DNA of 64,000 bases from Neodothiora populina (lineage: Eukaryota), in the NCBI RefSeq assembly GCF_041146345.1, contig NW_027191413.1:62001-126000 (forward strand), given 5' to 3'. This document shows, piece after piece, positions 24,790-34,849 of this stretch. The position numbers and the translations under genes are program-made. The notes under the pieces are model-generated. The model did no database searches, had not been told where the DNA came from, and worked only from the letters and a program-made list of their open reading frames with translations. The number at the start of each line of letters is the position of its first letter. Position 1 is the first letter of the stretch.

Positions 24790-25426
24790 TATGTTTTGCT
24801 TGAAAGAATGAAAGACAAGAGTAGGAATAGCAAGACACGAGTATGGGAAGGATATACAAAGGCGAAGCAGGAAACGAATGTTGAGGAAAGAGGAAATGAA
24901 CAAGTCTACTACCTATGAGGCTACTTCACATGGAAGGGTCATAGCACGGCGAGCATCACAGACACTTCAGCAGTCATAACAAACGGCTCATGGTATATCG
25001 CCTTCTGGAAGGCAGTCAAAACTCGAGTCTAGCACCATTCAGGATGGTTATTCAACACTCGTTGCCACCAAATGACGAAAGGTTGATCGGCGTTTCAGGA
25101 GTGAGCCAAAAATGGAGGGGCCTCAATACTGTAAGCGAGGCTCAAGCGTCTGATTTGCCGATGCGGCAAGCTTTTGTCCACGTGTGTAAGACATGTACTT
25201 TGGCACAATGATGGATATCACACTCATGGCAATCCACGCAAGGCAATATGGCACTAAAAACGACACCGTGATCGTACACCTACACCCCCGTGAAACATAT
25301 ATATGTCAAAGTTGACCGGTAGTGAGCTTACAACACTTGATAGTGAACTGGATTTCTTGGTTGATCAAATGGTTGCATTATCATTTTATCTACATCGATG
25401 CATCTCCAGGCTCATAAACTATACAT

Positions 25427-27178
25427 CTATTCAAGGTCGGCCTCATCCATGTTCCTGATGAACAGGCTGAACCACTTCACAGCAGCAACGTGGCTCTTGA
25501 TCGAAATCTTCTCGTCGACAGTGTGAACGCCGGTCAAGCCGTCCGACTGGCCCTCGGCCCAGCCAGGACCGTAACGGAAGATGTGCTTCGTCAAATCCCA
25601 GTAGTAGCGAGTGTCTGTGTTGCCAGTCATGATTCCGGGAGCCATGATCAGCTTCTCGCCATAGAGAGCTCGGGTGGTGCCGGAAAGTACAGAGTAGGGT
25701 GTCACTCCATCGATCTCGGTCGGGGTGACTGGTGCGACTTGCAGAGTTGTGTTGACTGCGGATAAGGAGATCGAAGACGGTGCTTCCTCAACTCCATTGA
25801 AGGCATTCAGGCCAAGGCCGTACTTCTTAGCCACTCCCTTTGCGAGCTTAGTGATCTTAGCATGCACGTCTTCAGGCTTTTCTCCGATATTGACGCGGTG
25901 GTTGACATCGACCGAGACACGCTCAGGAAGAGCATTGACCTTGACACCACCAATAATGGTGTCGACAGCAATAGAAGTCTGCATGAGATACTGAATAGCA
26001 GGTCCCTCCTTTGCGGCCTCAATGGCAAGAATATCTCCCTTCTTAGAGCTGCATTGACGCTTGTCGGCCTCGAGGAGATGACGGAGCTTCTTGGGGAAAC
26101 TTGGACCATGGGCGGCACCACACTGTAGCTTGCCGAGATAGGGGTTCTGGCTGTCGAGATGGGTAGGGTATGGGTCGGCTTCAATGAGCTGAATCAGCTC
26201 ACTGACAACACCAATGCTAGTGTGGTCAGGAGGGATAGAGGAGTGTCCACCTGGCATGCGGACTGTGATGACGACATCGGTGTAGCCTTTCTCCGCCACA
26301 CCAGGAGTAGCCATGACTGCTCCCCAGGCATCAGCAATGCCCGCTCCCTCGTCGACGATGACAGCGAGGGAGTCGGATCCATACTTCTCCTTCAGGAAAG
26401 GCGCGAGGTGACCAGCGCCTTCCCTGCCACTGATCTCCTCATCGAATCCAAACGAGAGAATGACAGTGCGAGTCGGTTCAAATTCGGCACCGACCAGCTC
26501 TTCGACTGCTTCCAGAATGGCAATCAATTGGTTCTTGCAGTCCGATGATCCACGGCCCCAAATGTACTCTCCATCGAAGAAGCCGTCGAATGGAGGGTGA
26601 GTCCATGCGTCGACTGTTGCGTCAGGAACAGGGACGGTGTCCTGATGTGCCATCAGAAGGGTTGGTTTCAAGGAAGCATCCGAGCCCTTCCACGTGTAGA
26701 CCAAGCCGTGGGTGTTGACGACGTCCAACTGCAACTTGTCGTGGACCAATGGGAAGGTCTTCTTGAGGTATTCAGCGAAAGGGTAAAAGACGTCCCATCT
26801 CTTATCTTCTCCAATCAAGCCCATATCATCGAAAGATTGAGTCTTGACCTGGACAGCTTTAGACAATCGCTCTATCGAGACCTTCTCAAAGCTCTCAGAC
26901 TCCAAGCCTCGGTCCATATCCACAAGCTTTGGTGTTTGGTGCTCCGGCAGAATTGGATCAACCTGGCCACAATACTGTGACGTTTCATGGGAATTGTGAT
27001 TGTGCAATGAAGGCTTCAAGCTTGGTGTCGAGACCAAGGACCAAACTGCCAGGCCTCCTACAACTGCTGCAAGTAGACCCCGTCCCAGTCTTGACTTGCA
27101 TCTTGAACGGTTCTTGGTGACGCCTGCATCGTGCGAGTGCAGAGGCAGCTCTGCGAGCAGTTCATGCTTCTCATCCAT
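25427..27178 (-). CDS. CPS1: Gly-Xaa carboxypeptidase S (peptidase M20), type II membrane anchor
   Basis: LLMAHQDTVPV, WGRGSSDCK, SFGFDEE, IVDEG, GGHSSIPP, TGNTDTRYYW, HTVDE. Confidence 0.93.
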   Translation of the reverse strand: MDEKHELLAELPLHSHDAGVTKNRSRCKSRLGRGLLAAVVGGLAVWSLVSTPSLKPSLHNHNSHETSQYCGQVDPILPEHQTPKLVDMDRGLESESFEKVSIERLSKAVQVKTQSFDDMGLIGEDKRWDVFYPFAEYLKKTFPLVHDKLQLDVVNTHGLVYTWKGSDASLKPTLLMAHQDTVPVPDATVDAWTHPPFDGFFDGEYIWGRGSSDCKNQLIAILEAVEELVGAEFEPTRTVILSFGFDEEISGREGAGHLAPFLKEKYGSDSLAVIVDEGAGIADAWGAVMATPGVAEKGYTDVVITVRMPGGHSSIPPDHTSIGVVSELIQLIEADPYPTHLDSQNPYLGKLQCGAAHGPSFPKKLRHLLEADKRQCSSKKGDILAIEAAKEGPAIQYLMQTSIAVDTIIGGVKVNALPERVSVDVNHRVNIGEKPEDVHAKITKLAKGVAKKYGLGLNAFNGVEEAPSSISLSAVNTTLQVAPVTPTEIDGVTPYSVLSGTTRALYGEKLIMAPGIMTGNTDTRYYWDLTKHIFRYGPGWAEGQSDGLTGVHTVDEKISIKSHVAAVKWFSLFIRNMDEADLE

Positions 27179-28369
27179 TGTCGAAGGTGTGATTATCTAG
27201 CACTGTATGGCAAAGTGAAACACGCCTACGAGTGGAAGAACGGCGAGCTATAGCTCTCTTATACGTGATCATCTACCATGCTATCCTGCCCCACAGATCC
27301 ACCTGGTAAGCTCTTCTGATCCACCCGCCTTCTCTTTCCGTCCATCACTGCGATGATACCATCATTGATAGGCCGCCGGCGTCCCAGATAGGTCCTCGAG
27401 GAGGCTTGCTCGGCCCGCTGCCGATCCCGATGCTCCGATTTCGCAGGCGATGATCAGATAAGCAGATAAGCTGCTCTCCCATATCCAAACACGACTCGAG
27501 TCTTGTAGTTGTCGCCATGTCGCTTGTGTCTCTGGATGTAACCCCAACTTTCATGTTACGCCGTTTACGAGACATTACAATGGACATGCATAACGGTAAT
27601 ATATGTACAGTACTTTGCAGTTGAAGGTTTGGCATTTGCTATACTCCACCCTGCTCGTGCGGAGATGGATCTACATACCTCGGTCGCTAGCATCAAATGT
27701 CCTACAGAACTCCAATCCTTCGACCATAGTACAGGCGTGACAGCGAACTTATGACACATGCTCTTTTGGACGTCATGTGTCGACACTCTGCTTCCCTTCA
27801 AAGTAGCGTCTACGGTGGATTGCCAGAGCTGGCCAGCCTCAATACTAAGTCTGATCGAGGCAATTGGGTTATAAATCAGCCGGCTGCACATGGCATCTAT
27901 GGCGATGTAAGCGCCGACTGATTGATTATACAAGTACTTCCATGAATCACGCTTGAGAGAACTCCACCACAAGCGTCACATTGCAGTAGTTGGCTCGCCG
28001 CATACCTTGGGATCGTCACAACTCTCCTATACATGACGGATCACGTTGCATATTTACCCATCTCCCATAACCTTCTTTTATTTAGCGCTGGATGTTTTGC
28101 ATACTGGAACCTATTAGGCAAGCAGCTCTTCGACGGCTCACCTGAACATAAATTGTTTGCGAGCATACTAAGTTGTAGTATGGATCTGAAGGATGCCTTT
28201 CGCCTCAATACGAGTGACTATCTGCACAGATTGTGAATATCAGGTAGGACGAAATTATGTATCGATGACCTATATAATAGCCATCAAGCCGGTAGGTGTA
28301 TAAAGTGTTGCCCTCGACCTTCTTTCCGTCCACTATTCCCCATAACATTCTTCATCGCTCCAGGCAATC

Positions 28370-30172
28370 ATGTACGCCAACGCCTTTGTGGTCATGCTCG
28401 GCTTGGTGGTAAGCACTGTCATAGCCAGACCACCTCACTTTCCGAAAAGGCAGAGTAGTGAGTTTCCTCTCCAAGACACGAGCCGAGCCTGGTCTGGTAA
28501 TGTTCATATGTTCTAGCAGGCTCTTCCGTCAAGTTTTTCCCCACTTTGAACATGACTGCAACAGACAACACGCCCATTCAAGCACATGGCGGCGACATCA
28601 TCCAAGGCGACGATGGCTCCTATTACTGGTTTGGTGAGGACAAGACTGGGGAGACAACTAGCGGACACTTCATCGGCGTCAGCTGCTACAAGTCCAGTGA
28701 TTTTGTATCGTGGGAAAACCGTGGTCCAGTCCTTTCCCCAATCGCAGGCACAAGTATCTCTGGTGATTCAGTTGTCGAAAGACCAAAGGTTATTTATAAC
28801 CAAGGCAATGACGAATACGTTATGTGGTTCCACAGCGATAGTTCAAACTACGGGGCTGCCGCAGTCGGTGTGGCGACGTCCAAGACCATCGATGGTGACT
28901 ACAACTGGCTCGGCTCTTTCAAGCCATTCGGCAACGATAGTCGTGATATGACTGTCTGGAAAGACGACGATGGTGAGCTGACCAAATTGCCGCTTCTTTC
29001 ATGAACCCCGCTGATGTCTACACAAGGCACCGCGTACTTGGTCTTTGCGACTGCGAACAACGCCAATCTCGAGATAGCATCCTTAACGGACGATTACCAC
29101 AACGTATCGGAAGCGAAATACACTTGGTCGAGTGAGACAAACATGTGCTTGAATAACAGTGCCAGATGAGTATCTGACTACGATTTTAGGTGTCTACTGG
29201 GAAGCCCCCGGTTTCTTCAAAATAGACGACACTTACTATCTATTGTACTCTCGTCAGGACGGATGGACGCCAACTGATAACTACTATATGACGGCAACTT
29301 CCATGCCAGGTATGGAGATCCTATCTATGCGTTCTAGGTTGCCGACTGATAAATTACTACTAGGTCCATGGTCTGACCCAGTATGTACACCATACGATCT
29401 CGTCTCCAGCTCCACTGACTCTACCCCTTAGGTTTTGCTTGCCAACGAGGGAACATATGCCTATAATACGCAGAACGCGTAAGCAACAATCCATGTCCTG
29501 GGTTGGTCCTTATGGAAGACTTACAATTGCCACCAGATACGACATTGTAATTAAAGGTAGTCAGGAGACTCTCTACTTGTACTATGGTATGCTACAACTG
29601 CGAACACAAATCCAAAGCAGATTGCGTTAACTGTCTCTGAAGGAGATCACTGGAACGCACCTGACCTCGGGGCCTCGACATACTCATTTTACCCCGCCGT
29701 CTTCGATGGATCAAGTCTCTCACTTCACTATACGGGCGGCTGGACCGCAAACCTCGAGACGGGAGAGTGGAGCGATTTGCCATTCGACACCATCACGGCC
29801 TCCAACACTAGTGCTACGATTACCCCCTCGTCAGCTCTACTCGACTGCACTGGTTGTCCAGGAGGTAAAACTGCACACATGACTGCTGACAGTGTTTTCT
29901 CTTTCACCTGGGATGGCTCCGTAGGCGACAAAGTGCTCAGTCTGCAATATGTATATGACGGTGGCAAACAGGCATGGAAGCAGATCAGCGTCACTGTTGA
30001 CGGAACGGCGGTGGAGGGCGTCGCTCTACTCGAGTCGACTCGGGGCACGACTACCTATCTCGAAGCTCCTATTGCGGCTTCGCTTACGACAGGATCGGTG
30101 GTCGAGCTCAGATTGGTCACGGATACAGGAACAACAATCAATATCCAGGGGGTCAAAGTCTACGACGCTTGA
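28370..30172 (+). CDS. Secreted GH43 (subfamily 24-like) galactan 1,3-beta-galactosidase with C-terminal CBM-like beta domain; several introns, short exons at 29.36-29.59 kb
   Basis: Signal peptide; PIQAHGG, YYWFGEDK, VERPKVIYN, YVMWFHSD, SRDMTVWKDDDG, EAPGFFK; multiple GT..AG introns. Confidence 0.85.
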
Positions 30173-30299
30173 TTTGGTGTTTGAGATGGCTGATTGGTAG
30201 ATGGAGCGATCAGCTACAGGTTGAGCATTCAAGTGGATGTCTAGAGCATTACACAGTTAATCAACACCCTGGTATATGGCATTGGATATTTTCGTCAAT

Positions 30300-30345
30300 G
30301 TTTATCACGAATTACAATAATTCGACAAGAATAGTCCACGTCGCG
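30300..30345 (+). repeat. 46-bp direct repeat B, second copy 31438-31483
   Basis: GTTTATCACGAATTAC....ATTCG.CAAGAATAGTCCACGTCGCG, 42/46 identical by hand. Confidence 0.9.
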
Positions 30346-30356
30346 TATCATTGCCA

Positions 30357-30430
30357 GTCATATTACCTCTATTATAATGGCGACAATGGTGTCGGATCTG
30401 GCTCTTACAGTCAGACCCTGTAGGTCGTGT
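30357..30430 (+). pseudogene. 74-bp duplicated fragment of ATG22-like exon 1 end plus intron donor (copy of 21482-21555)
   Basis: 69/74 identical by hand; encodes SYYLYYNGDNGVGSGSYSQT followed by GTAGGT. Confidence 0.9.
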
Positions 30431-30821
30431 CTTCTAAGACTCCAAACACGTTCAGTGCCAGAGAGGGCAAGTACATCGTGACTGCATCTTCAGGTAGGTG
30501 CGACCTAGCTATACCTTTCAACTCTTCACTTTTTCGATAGTTCGAGCTCTGATATCTTCCGATGCCGTCAGCTTGTCTAGTTCTCCTTTCACTCTCCACT
30601 CACTTTAGTATCAGCAACACTACGGAAAGCAACAGCAACAACAATTTAATGTCTTTCACCACTACTTCTGTTGTCTGCCTAACCACGATCCTGCCTGCTA
30701 CTAGCAGCGTGCTTCCCTGCGTTTCGGATATGGCTGCTACCGCTACCAGTAGCCTGCTTGCCTGCATCCTAGCTATGGCCACCACTACTACCACCGCCTT
30801 CCAGCGGACAATGATTACACC

Positions 30822-30932
30822 GACCCTTCATCGACCTTCTATTGACTTGTCACCGACTTTTCACTGACCTTTTATTGTCTTTTCACCGATTTTTCATTGA
30901 CTTTTCACTAATGTTTCACCCTTTGTTCACTG
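30822..30932. repeat. Degenerate 11-bp minisatellite, consensus ~GACTTTTCACT, ~10 units
   Basis: gacccttcatc gaccttctatt gacttgtcacc gacttttcact ... directly visible. Confidence 0.85.
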
Positions 30933-31333
30933 CTAGTCATGTGGTGTCATAACATAAGCTAGGCGAAAGCCCACGCCTCGATGTGCCCTCCTTCTGGCCA
31001 CACATCACTTACGCCTGGAATCTTTATGGCCATATGCAATGGCTGGGTCGCCTGGGTTGCTGGTGCAATCGCCGACATAGCTCAGCATCGTCTATCAAGA
31101 CGCCCAAGGACCCCAGGTTTGGAGGAAGGTGGTTGGCAGATACTGCAGGAAATACAGAGTTGGCATGGTCGAGAAAGGGCTGGAACTCCGGCCCAGGGTC
31201 CCGCGACTGGAACTTCAGCCCAGAGTGCTAAAATTGGACCCCGTCCGCAAGTCAATAGGAGAGGTTATGTGGCACGGGCCTGAAATTTGCGATCGGAGGA
31301 GCTGTAGTTGAGATCAAGTAGAGGAGAATGCAG

Positions 31334-31435
31334 TCCACGACCGATTGTGGGACATTCGTGGTTTGGATCGGATCGGTAGACTTTGAGGTTTTCTGATTTG
31401 GGGTTTGCTACAGAACGGAGCTACAAGATCCAAGC
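31334..31435 (+). repeat. ~100-bp direct repeat C, left copy (right copy 38223-38322)
   Basis: TCCACGACCGATTGTGGGACATTCGTGGTTT..ATCGGATCGGTAGACTTT ... TACAGAACGGAGCTACAA.ATCCAAGC shared. Confidence 0.9.
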
Positions 31436-31744
31436 CCGTTTATCACGAATTACGACCATTCGTCAAGAATAGTCCACGTCGCGAGAACTATGTTGGCGCT
31501 CGAGGGGATCCTTCGTGAATCCTAATGGTAATATTTGATGGTTCAAAGGAGGCGACCAGGCTGGGAAGATTCAGGCGCTTACATCCCCTGTGACACGTCT
31601 ACCATGCACTGCGCCCAAGTGGCGTGCAGGGTGGCTCAGACATAATATTTCAAGGCCTTTTGCTTTCTCTACACCTACAAAAGACGATCATAAAGTCAAA
31701 TGTTCGTCAACACAACTTGCTACTAGCGAGAATCGATATTCATC

Positions 31745-32837
31745 ATGCTACGCTTAGGCGAGGGAGAGCTCTCACTAGCAATTCCTCCAGGCTTAAGGAT
31801 GAGGGTCCCGAGTCTAGGGAATCAGTCTTTACAGACCAAGTATCGGTTGTTATTCTCCTTTATCCTGATCATGGTTATAGTACCGAGTATCTTACACGGT
31901 TATACTATGTTATTTCTCGTCTGTCTCCTTCTCCTGTTTATGGTCGTCGTCACAATATTTGATACACTAGAATCCCGCTATGCTTCCAACAGCGGGAAAT
32001 TGTATTATGGCCACATAATACACTTCCTCCTTGTTAGTTTGTAAGTTTACAGAACTGTCCCAGTCAAACATGGCGGACACTTCCCTGCTTTCAGCTGACT
32101 AATACAATGCAGTGATTTGTCCCGCGGTCTGTGCCTTCTGGTCGTTGTTCATTCATCTCTTTGGCATAAGCCGTTCTTGTACTTGGCCCCAATGCCAGAA
32201 TTCATTCAAGCCTTGCTATTGATTCGAATGCACGGCAGCTTTTCCCGGAGCCTCGAATATACAATCATCGAAGGACCGTGGATGGTGTATTCTTTATTGA
32301 TACTACGATTCTCGCCTTTTGTGCCTCCAATTCTTTGTTTTATGCAGTGCATCAGACTTCAGATTTGAGAGACAAAAACCTTATCCGAGCACCTGCTTTT
32401 CGTCCTATGCTATTCCATCTCAATGGTGCAGCCTCTAGCTCTTTTGTTCATCTTTGGAACAGCAGAGTGGCTTAGGCGGCAAGTTAATCAAGGCAGACTA
32501 GCTGGCAAGGTGAGCAATCTTCTCGCTCCAACCACAATGTACTTCCTAACATAAGAAGCTCCATCGATGCGTTCGCGATATGGCGCTTTACGCTACGACT
32601 ATATCCTCCGGATACATCCTAAGCGATACTGTACGCTACAGTACCGTGAATGTTGACGACCTTGTAGTCTTACTGAGTATTTTCCTGCTCTTCGCAAACT
32701 ACTCGGTCTTCTTTTTCGTTTTAAAAGCGCCCTCCACCCGGACTGCGAATGTAGAGATGGAACTGTCGGGCCTACTCCAGCCTGATATTGACATGGATGG
32801 GTCAACTCCTGCAAGCGACTATGCCGACTCCTTATGA
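31745..32837 (+). pseudogene. Putative multi-pass membrane protein gene or remnant, spliced but apparently interrupted
   Basis: Successive hydrophobic ORFs; canonical intron 32041-32112 (GTAAGT..CTGAC..CAG) and another at ~32510-32555; stops at 32368 and 32475; no family recognised. Confidence 0.4.
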
Positions 32838-32951
32838 CACAGCAGCAAGTCAGTCAGACGAGAATTGGATATCTGAGACTCCGGATATGGTTACACCTGT
32901 TCCTCTTGCGATATCTCGTATGGAATAGACTGAAATAGAGGCTGAATCCCA

Positions 32952-34472
32952 CTACTCTCTGGTCATCGAGTACAACGGTCCGATGACCATCGTGTAGTAC
33001 TGCTGCCTTAGCTCTACAATATCGGCTTTCAAGGGCGTGTTACCGATTCGTTGCTCCTCAACGTCCTCCAGACACAGTCGGACAATAGCCGCGTAGGACT
33101 CTGCTGTACGTCTCGTAAGCTCATTGTCAGCAAGCCACGCGATTATTTGCTGCACATTTGTTGGTTTCAGCATCTTTTCGTTATTGACCTGCCAGTCGGC
33201 ACATAGTGAGACCAAGTCGAGCGCGATCGCGGCCCTGACGTAGATGGAGGCGGGTTGCGGCTCATCATCCTGCCATATTATCAAAGGTTCCCAGAGGCCA
33301 ATCTCCAGAAGAATTACTCCCAAGCTATAGACATCATGACTGACACTGTACCGCTGTTTGGACGACACGCTTTGCCGACTGGGGTGACGATATAGTTTAC
33401 GGGTCCATTCATCATCTTCAGTCCTGTCGCTGGTAGCTACACGCTGTCGTAAATGGTTCCAGTGTGATACAAAGGGCCTGTAGATAGGTGCAGGATCCAT
33501 CGAAGACATATGAAAGACCATGATTGAGTCAGGACGGAGTCCCTTGTGGACAAATTGAGCGATATGAAGTATCCCGATGGCAGCTGCAATGCTGTGCGCC
33601 ATACACAAGCGTTGCCTCGTGGAGATGTCGCCCTTTTGTGAATCGTTGGCGAGTATCTCCGCAAGTGTCTGTACGCTCGAGTCATTGAGCTCGACGGGGA
33701 TGCGAAACACCAGCTCATTGCTCAAAGGTGTTTTCCGGTAGCCCATACAAGGTAATATTGCACACGTTTCCCCAAACATTTCACTACACTGACTCGATAC
33801 TGTCAGTATCCGTGACAAGTCATTGACAGTCTGCTCAGCACGAACGTCGTCAGACTCGTATTCCTCAATCAACACCGACACTTCCGTCGGCTCTGCGTCT
33901 GCATCGGTTCCCTTTCTGTACTCGCCACGTGCTATACGAGCGAATCCATCCCATCCCAAATCAAAGGGCTCGTAATCGTGTCGTCCAAACATTCGGAATT
34001 TGTCCTCGGTGAGCAAATGCTGAGCGGTCTTCGAGGACATATGGCCTACGATGTCGATGCAGACGATGAAGTTCCGGGACTTGCTCAAACAGTCGTCGAG
34101 ATCTTCTAAAACGACCTTGAGCTTCCGCTCGCCCGTGAGCGCAATGTAGAATCTTCGCGTCCTGCCCTCTTCATCGACGCATTTCTCGAGCACATTGCGA
34201 GCCTTGCGGGAGGCTTCAGCAAGGCCGTCAATATATTGTCTCGCTAGCTTGACATGTACAGATTTGTTGGACCTTGATAATATGGCAGTAGCAGCTTGGA
34301 GCTGGAGCTCCAGTTGCCCTTCGTGGAGCGGGTAGTCGTAAGTCTCCAAGTGCTGCAGGAACCTTGGCGCGTTCTTGAAACGCCGAACACGATCTCGAAT
34401 CCACCTCGTGATCTCTATGATCTCCTTGATATCTCCTGGCAGCGATAGCAGACCAAATACGAATTCCGCCAT
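32952..34472 (-). CDS. N-terminal helical (HeLo/HELL-like) domain plus degenerate protein-kinase-like domain (pseudokinase)
   Basis: Intronless; hydrophobic start MAEFVFGLLSLPG and helical ~140 aa; kinase-fold C-lobe FVHKGLRPDSIMVF, LYRHPSRQ, HDVYSLGVILLEIGLW; no HRD Asp, no DFG. Confidence 0.8.
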   Translation of the reverse strand: MAEFVFGLLSLPGDIKEIIEITRWIRDRVRRFKNAPRFLQHLETYDYPLHEGQLELQLQAATAILSRSNKSVHVKLARQYIDGLAEASRKARNVLEKCVDEEGRTRRFYIALTGERKLKVVLEDLDDCLSKSRNFIVCIDIVGHMSSKTAQHLLTEDKFRMFGRHDYEPFDLGWDGFARIARGEYRKGTDADAEPTEVSVLIEEYESDDVRAEQTVNDLSRILTVSSQCSEMFGETCAILPCMGYRKTPLSNELVFRIPVELNDSSVQTLAEILANDSQKGDISTRQRLCMAHSIAAAIGILHIAQFVHKGLRPDSIMVFHMSSMDPAPIYRPFVSHWNHLRQRVATSDRTEDDEWTRKLYRHPSRQSVSSKQRYSVSHDVYSLGVILLEIGLWEPLIIWQDDEPQPASIYVRAAIALDLVSLCADWQVNNEKMLKPTNVQQIIAWLADNELTRRTAESYAAIVRLCLEDVEEQRIGNTPLKADIVELRQQYYTMVIGPLYSMTRE

Positions 34473-34849
34473 TGTCGAATCGTGTTGTAGGCTATACAGG
34501 TACAAGTCCGCACTGTATGAGAAGTCTCTCTGCCAACCATCATAATGTCAGATCACTGCAGATAAGTAGTGCCCACGGCCGCCTGTTTCTCGTGTACCTC
34601 CCACTGCAGCCGTGTTTCTGCAAGTCAGCCTCAATGCAAGACTTCGTCTGAAATGGACGTTTACCTTAGCCATTGGCTGGCGGTATCATGACGTGGGGGC
34701 CATGACTCCACGTGGCGCAGAAGTTGGTAATCCAGGCCACACATGGCTCGAATCGAGGATACAGCATTTGGGCATCCTGGTAATGTTCCCCTTAAACAAC
34801 GATAATCTGGCACTATATCTCTACACATGCAAGCATCGAAACACAGAAG

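Noticed and set aside
30822..30932. Periodic tracts as CRISPR-like arrays
   Set aside because: No unique spacers, degenerate 11-mers, eukaryotic context, no cas genes
31328..31370. QSTTDCGTFVV in repeat C resembling an Ulp1 protease QxNxxDCG motif
   Set aside because: Spacing is wrong and there is no supporting ORF context
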